A DNA stretch of 58,479 nt, taken from a virus. Lineage: Duplodnaviria; Caudoviricetes. The notes beneath the pieces were generated by a model. The model was not told the DNA's origin. It worked only from the letters and a program-made list of their open reading frames with translations, and made no database searches. Both the position numbers and the translations under genes were made by a program. Positions within the stretch are counted from its first letter, which is position 1. The number at the start of each line of letters is the position of its first letter. The DNA lies in IMG/VR virus record IMGVR_UViG_3300009537_000011, positions 1 to 58,479 of that record; one strand, 5' to 3'. Of this stretch, positions 8,938 to 18,276 are shown piece by piece.

Positions 8938-10249
8938 CCTGTCGTCACCGACGATGTTTCGGATGATGCTCGACCGGTTCAGTGAGCTGGCGCTGGACGA
9001 TGAAGACAACCTGAGGGATAACAGGCGGCCAGATCAGAGGCCGCCGGACTGGCCCTGGACCATCTGGATGCTACTGGCTGGTCGCGGGTTCGGAAAGACC
9101 TACGCGGGGGCGCACTTCGTGAACGAGTGCGAGCAGCGCGGCATCAGGCAGTTCGCTCTCATCAGTGGTACGTCGGCCGACGTGAGAGACGTAATGGTGA
9201 TGAATCCGCGCTCTGGGATCATCGCCCTGGCCCCGTTAGGGCGAAAGCCTAGGTACGAACCCTCCAAGAGGCGAATTCTCTGGCCTAGTGGCGCGACAGG
9301 TATGATTTTTTCGGCTGAGGAGCCGGAAAGGCTTCGCGGGCCGGAGCATGAGGTCATCTGGGGGGACGAAATCGACGCATGGGGAGAGAAGACGAACCCC
9401 CAGAAGGCGTTCGACACGTTCACCAACATGATGTTCGGCCTCCGAATCGGTCCCAGGCCGATGGCCATGTTGACCTCCACGCCAAAGCCCGGAAGGCTGG
9501 TGGCCAAGATGCTGAAAAGGGCGAAGGAGCGGAATGATGTTGCGGTCACTAGGGGGTCGACTCACGACAACCGAGACAACCTGAGCGAGTCCTTTTACAG
9601 CGAGGTCATCAAGGTATACGAGGGAACGAGAACGTACCGCCAGGAGGTCGAGGGAGAGCTGTTAGAGGATGTCGAAGGGGCCCTGTGGAGTCAGCACACG
9701 CTCGACGAGAACAGGATTCAGGAGTTCCCGGAGGACCTCTCGCGGGTAGTGGTGGCCATAGATCCAGCGGTCACGTCGAAGAAGGACTCTGACGAGACCG
9801 GCATTATTGTCTGCGGCGTCGACCGAGAGGGCGTGGCATACGTTCTGAAGGACGCCAGCGTGCGCGGAACGCCACTGGTATGGGTGAATACCGCGGTGAG
9901 TTGCTACGAGGCGTTCGGCGCGGACTGCATCGTCGGGGAGACGAACATGGGCGGTGACGTGATCGAGGAGATCGTCAGGGCGCACCACCCAAAGGTGCCG
10001 TTCAAGCAGGTGAAGGCGACCCGAGGAAAGGCGCTGCGCGCTGAACCGATAGCCCTCTTGTACGAGAAGGGAATGGTGAAGCACTACAAGGTGTTCGATC
10101 AGCTCGAAGACCAGATGTGCGCAATGACCGTGACGGGCTATGCAGACGTGGGATCGCCAGACAGGGTGGACGCCTTGGTCTACGCCCTAGCAGAGCTGGT
10201 GAGGCCGTTTGGAGCGAATGTCGAGATGCTCGGCAGGGCTGACTGGTGA
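8909..10249 (+). CDS. terL: Terminase large subunit
   Basis: AGRGFGKT Walker A, ERLRGP, WGDE Walker B, TSTP, RQEVEG; nuclease motifs AIDPA, DETG, ETN.GG, SPDRVDA. Confidence 0.97.
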   Translation: MERDNPPPIDLSSPTMFRMMLDRFSELALDDEDNLRDNRRPDQRPPDWPWTIWMLLAGRGFGKTYAGAHFVNECEQRGIRQFALISGTSADVRDVMVMNPRSGIIALAPLGRKPRYEPSKRRILWPSGATGMIFSAEEPERLRGPEHEVIWGDEIDAWGEKTNPQKAFDTFTNMMFGLRIGPRPMAMLTSTPKPGRLVAKMLKRAKERNDVAVTRGSTHDNRDNLSESFYSEVIKVYEGTRTYRQEVEGELLEDVEGALWSQHTLDENRIQEFPEDLSRVVVAIDPAVTSKKDSDETGIIVCGVDREGVAYVLKDASVRGTPLVWVNTAVSCYEAFGADCIVGETNMGGDVIEEIVRAHHPKVPFKQVKATRGKALRAEPIALLYEKGMVKHYKVFDQLEDQMCAMTVTGYADVGSPDRVDALVYALAELVRPFGANVEMLGRADW

Positions 10250-10443
10250 TCGAAAGGGTAGCCGTTGCCCTTTTGCTGTTTGGGTACTGTGCAATACTGT
10301 ACGGTGTGTCAGAGTGGACACAGATGCCGAGGGTGGTGTATTCCATCGGCGCCGGAGTCGCCGCGATCGCGACGGCGGTGGCTATTTCAGCACCAGCCAT
10401 AGTCGACGAATACAGAGCGATACGGATGGGAAATGCCGAGTAG
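10246..10443 (+). CDS. Small two-TM membrane protein
   Basis: Two hydrophobic stretches; lies between TerL and portal and overlaps both. Confidence 0.7.
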   Translation: MIERVAVALLLFGYCAILYGVSEWTQMPRVVYSIGAGVAAIATAVAISAPAIVDEYRAIRMGNAE

Positions 10444-11806
10444 CATCTTCACGTCGATAGCCAGGATGTTCGCCAGCGGGGCTGGGCAGCCAGACAGGCG
10501 GAAGGACTACCTGCCATCGCACAGGCTGCTACCGCCACACATGGCGGGCCAGAAGGTCTACAGCGACTGGAGTATAGATGCGGCCATCGACGATGGCTAC
10601 AAATCAAGTGTCTATGTCTATGCTGCCCTCCGAAGGCTGGCCGAGTCCGCGGCGTCGATTCCGTGGGTAGTCAAGGAGAGGACGGAGTCCGGCTGGAAGA
10701 GAATTCCAGAACACCCACTGGAGATCCTCTGGGAGAGGGAGCCCAATGGGAAGATGTCCAGGTCGGACGTCGTCGAAAGGCTGGTGCAGAGCCTATACAT
10801 CGGGGGCAACTCGCTACTTCAGAAGGTTTTGCTGAGCAGATCCGAACCGAATGCGATGGTCGTCGGCGATGTAAAGCAGCCGTCCGTCAAGGAGATCTGG
10901 CCACTCCAGATCAACGGGTTCACTCCGATCACTAGTCGCAGGGCGTTCATCACAGAGTACGACTTCGACTTCAACGGAGTGCGGAGGAAGTTCAGGGCGT
11001 CGAGCATCATTCATGTAATGTTTCAAGATCCGTCGAACCCATACTGGGGAATGTCGCCGCTTCAGGCGATCGCCAGGGAGATCGACGTATCGGTGAGTTC
11101 CATCACATGGTCGATGAACTCGTTCGACAACAGGGCAGTTGCCGATGGGGCATTCGTTTCGTCCGACCCGCTGACAAATGAGCAGTATGCCGCGGCGAAG
11201 AGTCGCGTCAGTGAGCAGTACTCAGGAACGACAAACGCCAGAAGTCCATGGGTGCTAGGGGGAGGCTGGGAGTGGGTGCAGATGTCTCTGACCCCGATCG
11301 AGATGGACTTCATCGAATCGAGAAAGATGACGAGGGACGACATCCTGTCGGTCTTCGGTGTTCCACCGGTTGTCGCTGGATTTTTCGAAGATGCAACCCT
11401 GGCGAACGCCGAGGTCTCCAGGCGCCTGTACTGGGCAGATGCCGTCATTCCGTTGCTGACGAGGCTGGCGGCTGCGTTGAACAGAACCCTGACGCCGCAC
11501 TTTGGCGACCCGAACGACATCAGGCTGTTCTTCGACGTGAGCGGCGTGGAAGCACTGCGATTGAACAGGGAGAGCGAGTCGAGAACGTTCTTCATGCTAC
11601 AACGCGGCGGCATTCCGTATCATGAGGCCGCAGAGCTAGTAGGGCTGCGAGTCAAGAGCCAGGGAGAGGTGGGAGACGAGCCGTACGGTATCATGGCAAT
11701 GGCCCCGGGGAAGGCTAGGCAGAGCCCAGAGAGTCCGGCACAGCCAAAAGCGATGCCAGATGAAGAGTTCGATAGAATGCTTCAGGAGTTCAACCAGGAT
11801 GAGTAA
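10433..11806 (+). CDS. Portal protein (HK97 family)
   Basis: VYA.....A..AASIPW, HPL, PN..MS, IIH......YWGMSPL, MDFIE.R....DDI..VFGVPP motifs. Confidence 0.95.
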   Translation: MPSSIFTSIARMFASGAGQPDRRKDYLPSHRLLPPHMAGQKVYSDWSIDAAIDDGYKSSVYVYAALRRLAESAASIPWVVKERTESGWKRIPEHPLEILWEREPNGKMSRSDVVERLVQSLYIGGNSLLQKVLLSRSEPNAMVVGDVKQPSVKEIWPLQINGFTPITSRRAFITEYDFDFNGVRRKFRASSIIHVMFQDPSNPYWGMSPLQAIAREIDVSVSSITWSMNSFDNRAVADGAFVSSDPLTNEQYAAAKSRVSEQYSGTTNARSPWVLGGGWEWVQMSLTPIEMDFIESRKMTRDDILSVFGVPPVVAGFFEDATLANAEVSRRLYWADAVIPLLTRLAAALNRTLTPHFGDPNDIRLFFDVSGVEALRLNRESESRTFFMLQRGGIPYHEAAELVGLRVKSQGEVGDEPYGIMAMAPGKARQSPESPAQPKAMPDEEFDRMLQEFNQDE

Positions 11807-12629
11807 CACAGCACGCGGTTCGAGCTTCACGACCCTGATGGCACCGGCTGAGCTGAAGGCCGAGGCGGAGACCCGTGTGATCGAGGGTTACGCTGCCACG
11901 TTCGGAAACGTGGACCTGGTGGACGACGTGATCGACCCTGGTGCGTTCACCAAGACCATTTCAGAGCAGGGGAATAAGGAGAACCGAATCAAGGTGTTCC
12001 TCTGGCACCGCGAGCCGATCGGGATGCCGATAGAGATGCGGGAGGACGAAAGGGGCCTGTTCACCAGGAGCCGAATCACGAAAACGGAAGCGGGGGACAA
12101 GGCCCTCGCGTGGGTGAAAGATGGGATCGCCTCGCATATGTCCATCGGGTTTGACGTCATCAAGTCAGAAGAAAAGGCACGAGACGACCAGAAGATACGC
12201 CACATCAAGGAGGTCAAGCTCTGGGAGTACGGGCCGGTCGTATGGCCAGCAAACCCACAGGCAGTCATCACGTCGGTCAAGAGCGTTGGCATGGAGATGA
12301 TCCGGTCGACGTTCGGCCTCTTGCCGTTGCTGAAGAACTACATGGCGGCCCAAGGGGAAAGCCTGACCGACACCGAGGCGATGCTCCTGGAGACCGTGTG
12401 CAAGGAGATGGAGGGCATCAGCGCCGATCTCCGCAAGATGATAATCAACCACCTAGCCGGAACCAGGGAGTCGGAGCCTCGGGCCACCACTCCCGAGCCG
12501 GGCGGCGACGAACCGACTGAAAGTGTGGAGCCGGGCCACAAGGGCACCACTCTGCAAATGACAGACGACGAAGTCGAAGCGGTCCACTCAGTGGTCCTCC
12601 AGCTAAAACGACAACTCACAAACACATAA
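11799..12629 (+). CDS. HK97-type prohead maturation protease with C-terminal extension
   Basis: IEGYAATFGNVD..DDVI.PGAF..T, LW.H..PIG, ED.RGL, MSIGF, L.EYG.V.WPAN..A motifs. Confidence 0.93.
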   Translation: MSNTARGSSFTTLMAPAELKAEAETRVIEGYAATFGNVDLVDDVIDPGAFTKTISEQGNKENRIKVFLWHREPIGMPIEMREDERGLFTRSRITKTEAGDKALAWVKDGIASHMSIGFDVIKSEEKARDDQKIRHIKEVKLWEYGPVVWPANPQAVITSVKSVGMEMIRSTFGLLPLLKNYMAAQGESLTDTEAMLLETVCKEMEGISADLRKMIINHLAGTRESEPRATTPEPGGDEPTESVEPGHKGTTLQMTDDEVEAVHSVVLQLKRQLTNT

Positions 12630-12636
12630 CGGAGAC

Positions 12637-14142
12637 ATGATGCCCGACAACATCACTAAGCTCCTGGCGGACCTCGACGAGGTGAAGGGCGAGCTGATCC
12701 AGCGCGTCACGAAGCAGGACGAGGAAATCGCCGAGCTGAAAGAGGCCAGACCCGAGACGGCGAAGGCCATCACCAAGCTGACAGAGGACTACGACGGTCT
12801 GAAGTCCCGCATCAAGGAGGAGCAGGAGAAGCTCAGCCAGCGGGTCGACGAAGTCGAGTCTTCGGTTCAGAGAGACCTCCTGGTGGAGAGCGAGGCTCGC
12901 GAAGCCTACAAGTCCCCCGGAGAGGTGTTCACGGAGTCGGATGAATACAAGGCGATGCTAGAGCGGCGCGAGGAGAAGACCACGCCGGTCGACTTCGAGC
13001 GACTCATCTACTCCTCGTCCGAGGTGAAGACGCTGCTCACGAGCACCGTTGCCACCAGGTTCATCGAGCCGCAAAGGCTCGCGGAGCTGTTCCGGTTCTC
13101 CGACCGCAGCCTCATGGTACGGGACCTGTTTCAGGTTCGTCGCACCACGAGCAACCAGATCGAGTATCTCGAAGAGTCGGGATTCTACGATGCGGGCGCA
13201 ACCGCAACGATCACGACCGGGGTCGAGACGACCGGCACCTGTGTGCTGACCCTGGCGGTCGCCAACTCCTCGTTGGTCGAGGGGCAGCGGATCGTAGTCT
13301 CTGGTGACACGGGCGCACCGACGGTCTACAACAAGACCCACGTCATCACCAAGGTGACGTCGAGCACCGTCATCGAGATTCAGGTGGCGTCCGGCACCGG
13401 TAACATGGCCGGTACGCCGGTCTACGTCGCTGCGGACTCGGGTGGTGCAGCGGCCATGGTGGCAGAAGGCAACGCGAAGGCGGAGTCGACCGCGACCTTC
13501 GAGCTGAAGACCGCCAGCGTCCAGACCCTCGCTCACTGGCTGCCGGTGACGAGGCAGGCGGCGGCAGATCAGGCATTCCTGCGGGCGTACATCAACGACA
13601 GGCTCCTGTATGGCCTGGCGTTCGAGGAAGAGGCCCAGTTGCTGTACGGCAACGGAACGTCACCGAATCTGACCGGTCTCCTGACGAACACCGATCGTCA
13701 GACCTTCGTATGGTCGACGGACGGCGTGACTGGTGACACGAAGATCGATGCCATCAGGAAGGCGATGACGCAGGTCTGGCGGGTGAACTACGCAGCCGAT
13801 GGTTGCGTCCTCAACCCGGTCGACTGGCAGGACATCGAGCTGGAGAAGGGCTCGGACAACCACTACATCTGGGTCAACGTCCAGGAGGGTGGTTCGCCCA
13901 GGATCTGGCGACTGCCGGTGGTGGTGACCAACGCCATCAACGCCGCTCAGGGCGTCGTCGGGAACTTCCGGGTGTCATCGACACTCTGGGATCGGGAGCA
14001 GGCGTCTGTGCGGATCGCAGATCAGCACAGCACCTACTTCACCGAGAACAAGCTGGCAATCCTGGCCGAAGAGCGACTCATGCTCGCCGTCTACCGGCCC
14101 TCGGCCTACGTGGACATCAGCTTCGATTCCGCGCCTGCGTAA
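12637..14142 (+). CDS. Major capsid protein (HK97 fold) with N-terminal coiled-coil delta domain and a ~85-aa insertion
   Basis: VRDLF, VAEG..K.ES, LAHW..VTRQ, L..YI..RL..GL...EE.QLL.GNG..PNL.GL, NP.DW..I.L.K, F..N...I.AEER.....RPSA. Confidence 0.96.
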   Translation: MMPDNITKLLADLDEVKGELIQRVTKQDEEIAELKEARPETAKAITKLTEDYDGLKSRIKEEQEKLSQRVDEVESSVQRDLLVESEAREAYKSPGEVFTESDEYKAMLERREEKTTPVDFERLIYSSSEVKTLLTSTVATRFIEPQRLAELFRFSDRSLMVRDLFQVRRTTSNQIEYLEESGFYDAGATATITTGVETTGTCVLTLAVANSSLVEGQRIVVSGDTGAPTVYNKTHVITKVTSSTVIEIQVASGTGNMAGTPVYVAADSGGAAAMVAEGNAKAESTATFELKTASVQTLAHWLPVTRQAAADQAFLRAYINDRLLYGLAFEEEAQLLYGNGTSPNLTGLLTNTDRQTFVWSTDGVTGDTKIDAIRKAMTQVWRVNYAADGCVLNPVDWQDIELEKGSDNHYIWVNVQEGGSPRIWRLPVVVTNAINAAQGVVGNFRVSSTLWDREQASVRIADQHSTYFTENKLAILAEERLMLAVYRPSAYVDISFDSAPA

Positions 14143-14149
14143 GGCAAAT

Positions 14150-14179
14150 GCCGGGTGGTGGCCACGGCCACCACCCGGC
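14150..14179 (+). terminator. GC-rich hairpin after the capsid gene (terminator/stabiliser)
   Basis: GCCGGGTGGTGGC-CACG-GCCACCACCCGGC, a 13-bp stem; weak U-tract. Confidence 0.6.
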
Positions 14180-14201
14180 TCACTCTCAGGAGGACAACTG
14201 A

Positions 14202-14567
14202 ATGGCAATGCACATGAACGAGCTGGGGCGGGCCGCAGGGAGGTTTCCCAGGGCGTCGCTCCAGATCGCTGCGGATGCTCAGACACTGAGCATCGACACG
14301 CAGACCATCATCATTTCACCCGGCACCGGCAACTGGACGGCGACGCTGCCAGATCCGGCAACGAGCGGTCAGAGGCTTGCGATCATCTGCAAGGCGACTG
14401 GGGCGGGCGACGTCGACGTATCCGGTGCCTTCTTCGCCTCGGCGGGTGACAACACGGTGGTGACGCTCGCCGCAGACGAGTCGGTATACCTCATCAGCGA
14501 CGACGACGGCTCTGGTGGATTCCACTGGGTGCCGGTCGGCGCAACGGGTACGCCGGTCTACGCATGA
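14202..14567 (+). CDS. Putative head decoration / beta-rich virion protein
   Basis: T.TLPDPA..GQRL.II.K...........TL..DESV.L..D....W pattern; directly after the MCP. Confidence 0.6.
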   Translation: MAMHMNELGRAAGRFPRASLQIAADAQTLSIDTQTIIISPGTGNWTATLPDPATSGQRLAIICKATGAGDVDVSGAFFASAGDNTVVTLAADESVYLISDDDGSGGFHWVPVGATGTPVYA

Positions 14568-14797
14568 CGATCGAGGTGGTCGTCCTCACGACCTTCCGGG
14601 ACGGTAAGCAGATGTTCATTACCGGAGAGAGGCGGAAGGTCGGGAAGTTGGTGTACAAGAGGAACGAGCGGTTCTTCAGAAGGCTCGACCCGGCCCCGAC
14701 CGAGATGGGCGCCCCTGGCCCGTCGGAGGTCAAGGAGACGGCGAAGAGGGCTCCGAAGAAGAGAACCAGGAAGGCAGCGAAGAGCGCGAAGAAGTGA
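14564..14797 (+). CDS. Small basic hypothetical protein (head-tail region)
   Basis: ATGA overlap; Lys/Arg-rich tail typical of small post-capsid genes. Confidence 0.65.
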   Translation: MTIEVVVLTTFRDGKQMFITGERRKVGKLVYKRNERFFRRLDPAPTEMGAPGPSEVKETAKRAPKKRTRKAAKSAKK

Positions 14798-15387
14798 TCC
14801 TGCTCGACAAGGGCCAGATGCGACTGTACATCGGCCGAAGTGCGACCGATACGGAGCACGACGAGCTTCTCGACATGCTGGAGCACGATGGGCTTGCGCT
14901 CATCGAAAACATCACGGGCTCGTGGTGGGGCGAAGAGAAGGAGGTCGTAGAGTATCTCTCTGGCTTCGACACAGAAAGCCTCTGGCTTCGCAGCCATCCG
15001 AATAGTCCGATCACGGCTATCGAATTCCGCCCGGCATCGACATCCAGTACGGAGCTGGAGTTTCTCGTTGGAGGCAACGACTGGCAGACCCTCGTCAGCG
15101 ACCTCTCCGAGGTAGAACTTGACGGGCGACGAATCTTCTGGGGTGAAAACGTCTTTCCAGCCGGACTGAACAACCTCAGAGTGACCTACAATTCCGGGTT
15201 TGTTGCGGGGGCGGCCGACGCACCGGGCGACATCCTGTTCGCCCTAAAGGAGTTCGTCTCGCAGTCGTTCCGGGAGAGGGTGACGTCACAGCCGGTGAGG
15301 TTCAATCAGTCTAGGGGTCGGTCACAGTCAGCGAGGGACACCCTGACAGACCTCGTAAGGGGCAGGGTACTGCTGCATGGCGTATAA
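14794..15387 (+). CDS. Head-tail adaptor (HK97 gp6/SPP1 gp15-like)
   Basis: D.LL..L......IE..TG, L.L...P...I..I, FP.G..N.RVTY..G......P.DI pattern and synteny. Confidence 0.8.
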   Translation: MILLDKGQMRLYIGRSATDTEHDELLDMLEHDGLALIENITGSWWGEEKEVVEYLSGFDTESLWLRSHPNSPITAIEFRPASTSSTELEFLVGGNDWQTLVSDLSEVELDGRRIFWGENVFPAGLNNLRVTYNSGFVAGAADAPGDILFALKEFVSQSFRERVTSQPVRFNQSRGRSQSARDTLTDLVRGRVLLHGV

Positions 15388-15973
15388 GTTCGACGTGAAG
15401 TCGACCGGGATCGTCGGAAAGGGGGGCTTTCTCCAGTTCGCCACGGAGTACGCCTTCAAACTCGACAAGGGCCTGACGACCCCAACGGCGAACATGGTGA
15501 TTCAGATAGCGAGATTCGGAAACGGGAGCATTACAGAGCAATTCGCCAGAGAGGCGACGATCTTCGGATCGAACTCGGCGTCACCATGGGCTCCGCGATT
15601 CAACACTCCGCAGATGAGGTCCGTAAGTGGCAGCCTTCTCAATAGAAGCGGTGCCTACAAGAAGGCGTGGCAGGGAAAGGGGCGTGGCAGCTTCAGGTCG
15701 ACGAAGGACAAGAAGCGGGTATCGTTCGGCGTCAACAGGGGGGCCATGCCGATGGCAACGATGCATCAGAACGAAGGGGTGACAACTTATCGGTACGGGC
15801 CAAGGAGAAGGGTGGCGATCGGTATGGCGACCGGCCTGTGGCTCAGGAACCCGACGGGAGTCATCAGAACACCAGGGAGGCCCGTATCCCTGAATGACAG
15901 AATCGCCAACAGGGCGCTGGATGCGATGGCGGAGTATTTCCTGACCGGGAAGCTGACCGAGGTTTCTGGCTAG
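15377..15973 (+). CDS. Virion morphogenesis / tail completion protein (Mu gpG-like)
   Basis: F.........PWAP, L.RSG, FG......A..HQ..G, P.RP motifs; basic. Confidence 0.7.
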   Translation: MAYKFDVKSTGIVGKGGFLQFATEYAFKLDKGLTTPTANMVIQIARFGNGSITEQFAREATIFGSNSASPWAPRFNTPQMRSVSGSLLNRSGAYKKAWQGKGRGSFRSTKDKKRVSFGVNRGAMPMATMHQNEGVTTYRYGPRRRVAIGMATGLWLRNPTGVIRTPGRPVSLNDRIANRALDAMAEYFLTGKLTEVSG

Positions 15974-16554
15974 TGGGGACCTGGGACAGATTCTATGACC
16001 CCCTGAAAAACGGCGGCGATGACGTCGTCACGGACGGTGACGTTGCAGCGGAAGACATCCTGTGCGGACGGATCTACGAGTACCTGAGCGCAAACGCGAA
16101 GCTGTCTGAGATCTTCGAGGGTCGCATAGAAATCAAGGAGACGAGGCCACGGTTCGATTTCTCCACCTTTCCACGGCTCCAGATCTATGCATCGAGCACG
16201 TCTGAGACGGAACGGCCGACGAACGTAGACGTCAACGAGGTCAGAATTTTCGTAAACGTAAGATTCGACGCTCTCAACGTAGAAACGGTACAGCCATACC
16301 ACGCCACGCTCGCCTCGGTGCGAAAGACGATCGCGACGGAGCTGAAGAAGAGGCAGGCCCTGCTCGTGGCAACGCCAGGCAACCCGACCGTGAGGCTGTC
16401 ACACGACCTGACGCCTGGGTTCACCGTGTGGATCTGGGACCTGTCGGCAGACGAAGACAGGGTTGCTGGTAACATGGAGACCGAATGGATCTACAGAGTA
16501 GACGTCGACCGAGATAGTCAGAGGATTCTTACGCTAAAGTCGGAGCTTGGATGA
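15973..16554 (+). CDS. Putative tail terminator protein
   Basis: Synteny before the tail tube; alpha-beta pattern with FP.L.I motif. Confidence 0.6.
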   Translation: MGTWDRFYDPLKNGGDDVVTDGDVAAEDILCGRIYEYLSANAKLSEIFEGRIEIKETRPRFDFSTFPRLQIYASSTSETERPTNVDVNEVRIFVNVRFDALNVETVQPYHATLASVRKTIATELKKRQALLVATPGNPTVRLSHDLTPGFTVWIWDLSADEDRVAGNMETEWIYRVDVDRDSQRILTLKSELG

Positions 16555-16808
16555 TGAAAAAGAAATACATCGTAAAGCTGAGAGACAGCTACCTTCCCGG
16601 CAAGAAGAGCTTCGAGACCCCACTCAAGGGTAGAATCCTATCCTGGGACAGGTTGACCGGGAAGACGGTCCAGGAGTGTGTGCTATCAGATGAAGAGTGC
16701 GCCACGCTCGGGTCATCTGGTATCGTGACCATAGAAGAAGTGAAGCCCAAGAAGATCAAGCCAAAGAAACGGGCGAAGTCTCCAGATGATGGGTCAACCG
16801 AACAGTAG
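16551..16808 (+). CDS. Small hypothetical protein before the tail tube
   Basis: ATGA overlap, Lys-rich. Confidence 0.65.
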   Translation: MMKKKYIVKLRDSYLPGKKSFETPLKGRILSWDRLTGKTVQECVLSDEECATLGSSGIVTIEEVKPKKIKPKKRAKSPDDGSTEQ

Positions 16809-16818
16809 GAGGTAGAAG

Positions 16819-18198
16819 ATGCCACTTCCGTTTCTAGAGAGTGCAACCGGCGACCCCATCAACCTGAAGAGGCGGATCGCCAGGCAGGCAACGCGAGGGC
16901 TACCGGCAACGGCCAGCTTCAGCGACTTCAGGACGTACGGCGGACCGATGGTGATGGCTCCGGGGCTCATCGACCCGATGTCGATTCAGTCTGGCGGCGC
17001 TCCGCTGCGGAAGCTGCCAGGGAAGGTCGACCTGGCGAGCGGTGGGCCGCTGGCAATGGGCGACGTCGACCCGGCGGACCCCGGCCTCATCCTGTTCCTC
17101 GCGAACCTCTTCGAGAACTACACGGTCACGAGCAAGGATACGGCCGAGTGGTATCGGTGGGAATTCGCGTTGGACGCAACGACAGCGGCAGATGAATTCC
17201 TCACCATCTACAACGACACGGACGTGATCCCGAGGACCACCTTCTACGACATCATGCTCGGCGGGTTCACGGCGGCCGCGAGCCCGGGTGGCAACTTCTC
17301 GATGGACTTCCCATACGTCGCCGGTGGCTATCACTTCTTCGGTGACTGGGTAGGTGACACCTGGGCGGCGAACAACGATCCGGTCTTCAGGAAGACGTGG
17401 AGCGGCAACTGGGAAGAAACCGGTGATTTCGACATCTACATTCAGGAGCAGTCGAACGACGCGAACAGCATCACGATCAAGGTGAAGATCGGTGCGGCGG
17501 CGACGTACGACGGGGCGAACATCACTGTCAACTTCGGCGAGTGGACGAGGATCACCGACGAGAACGACGCGAGGATCGGGAAAAAGGCAGAGCAGATCGA
17601 GATCTTTCTTCCTGTCGGAACGACCGGCATCGTCGCGTCTGACACCGGCCACGTCGTCAACCGGCGCCCGAGCTGGACCCCAACGCTCGCAACGCAGCGG
17701 AAGATCTCCTCGATCAACACGACCTTTGTCGTCGACGGTGTCGAGTCGAGGGCCGAGGGTGGGTGGTCGATCGAGGCCGCATGGGCAAACCTCGAAAGCG
17801 TTCTGGACGTGGCCGGTCGACAGACTGCAACGGTGCAGCGGACTGGCGACCTGTCGGCATCGATCAGCCCGACTCGCAGGCTGGTCGATCTGGACTTCCA
17901 GAAGAAACTGCACGAGGCCGACACCATCCAGGTGTTCTTCGACGGTGAGACGGACGAGATCATCCCCGGCACCGCGAATCTCAGGCCATACCGAATGATC
18001 ATCGGTGCGCCAGCGTGTCTCTTGTCGGGTTCGATGTACGGCGTCGAGCCGGGCGGAGAGAACAAGGAAGAGGCGCTGTCGTTGATGGCCGGTCTGCCAG
18101 ATGCGGCAGTGAACTACGCAGATGGATACGGCGAGAACATCTCCTTCGGGTCACACCTGAAGGTGGTGGTCGACACCGACATCGCGGCGATTCCGTAA
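16819..18198 (+). CDS. Major tail tube protein (with a probable inserted domain)
   Basis: Strong AGGAGG RBS; beta-rich acidic 459 aa directly before the tape measure; no sheath gene present. Confidence 0.75.
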   Translation: MPLPFLESATGDPINLKRRIARQATRGLPATASFSDFRTYGGPMVMAPGLIDPMSIQSGGAPLRKLPGKVDLASGGPLAMGDVDPADPGLILFLANLFENYTVTSKDTAEWYRWEFALDATTAADEFLTIYNDTDVIPRTTFYDIMLGGFTAAASPGGNFSMDFPYVAGGYHFFGDWVGDTWAANNDPVFRKTWSGNWEETGDFDIYIQEQSNDANSITIKVKIGAAATYDGANITVNFGEWTRITDENDARIGKKAEQIEIFLPVGTTGIVASDTGHVVNRRPSWTPTLATQRKISSINTTFVVDGVESRAEGGWSIEAAWANLESVLDVAGRQTATVQRTGDLSASISPTRRLVDLDFQKKLHEADTIQVFFDGETDEIIPGTANLRPYRMIIGAPACLLSGSMYGVEPGGENKEEALSLMAGLPDAAVNYADGYGENISFGSHLKVVVDTDIAAIP

Positions 18199-18207
18199 GG
18201 TCCGACA

Positions 18208-18250
18208 GGCGGACGCCCACCGCCAGAAGAACCGGGGTGGGTAGTCCGCC
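18208..18250 (+). promoter_or_regulatory. Hairpin between the tail tube and tape measure genes
   Basis: GGCGGAC-GCCCACC...GGTGGGT-A-GTCCGCC with a G-U pair on the + strand. Confidence 0.55.
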
Positions 18251-18276
18251 GCCCACTCCGGTGAGATAGGCGACAG

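Noticed and set aside
16900-17913. Long opposite-strand or alternate-frame ORFs (e.g. 16900-17913, 21639-22157, 29399-30163, 44178-44960)
   Set aside because: Shadow ORFs of real genes in GC-rich DNA, with no RBS or recognisable motifs.
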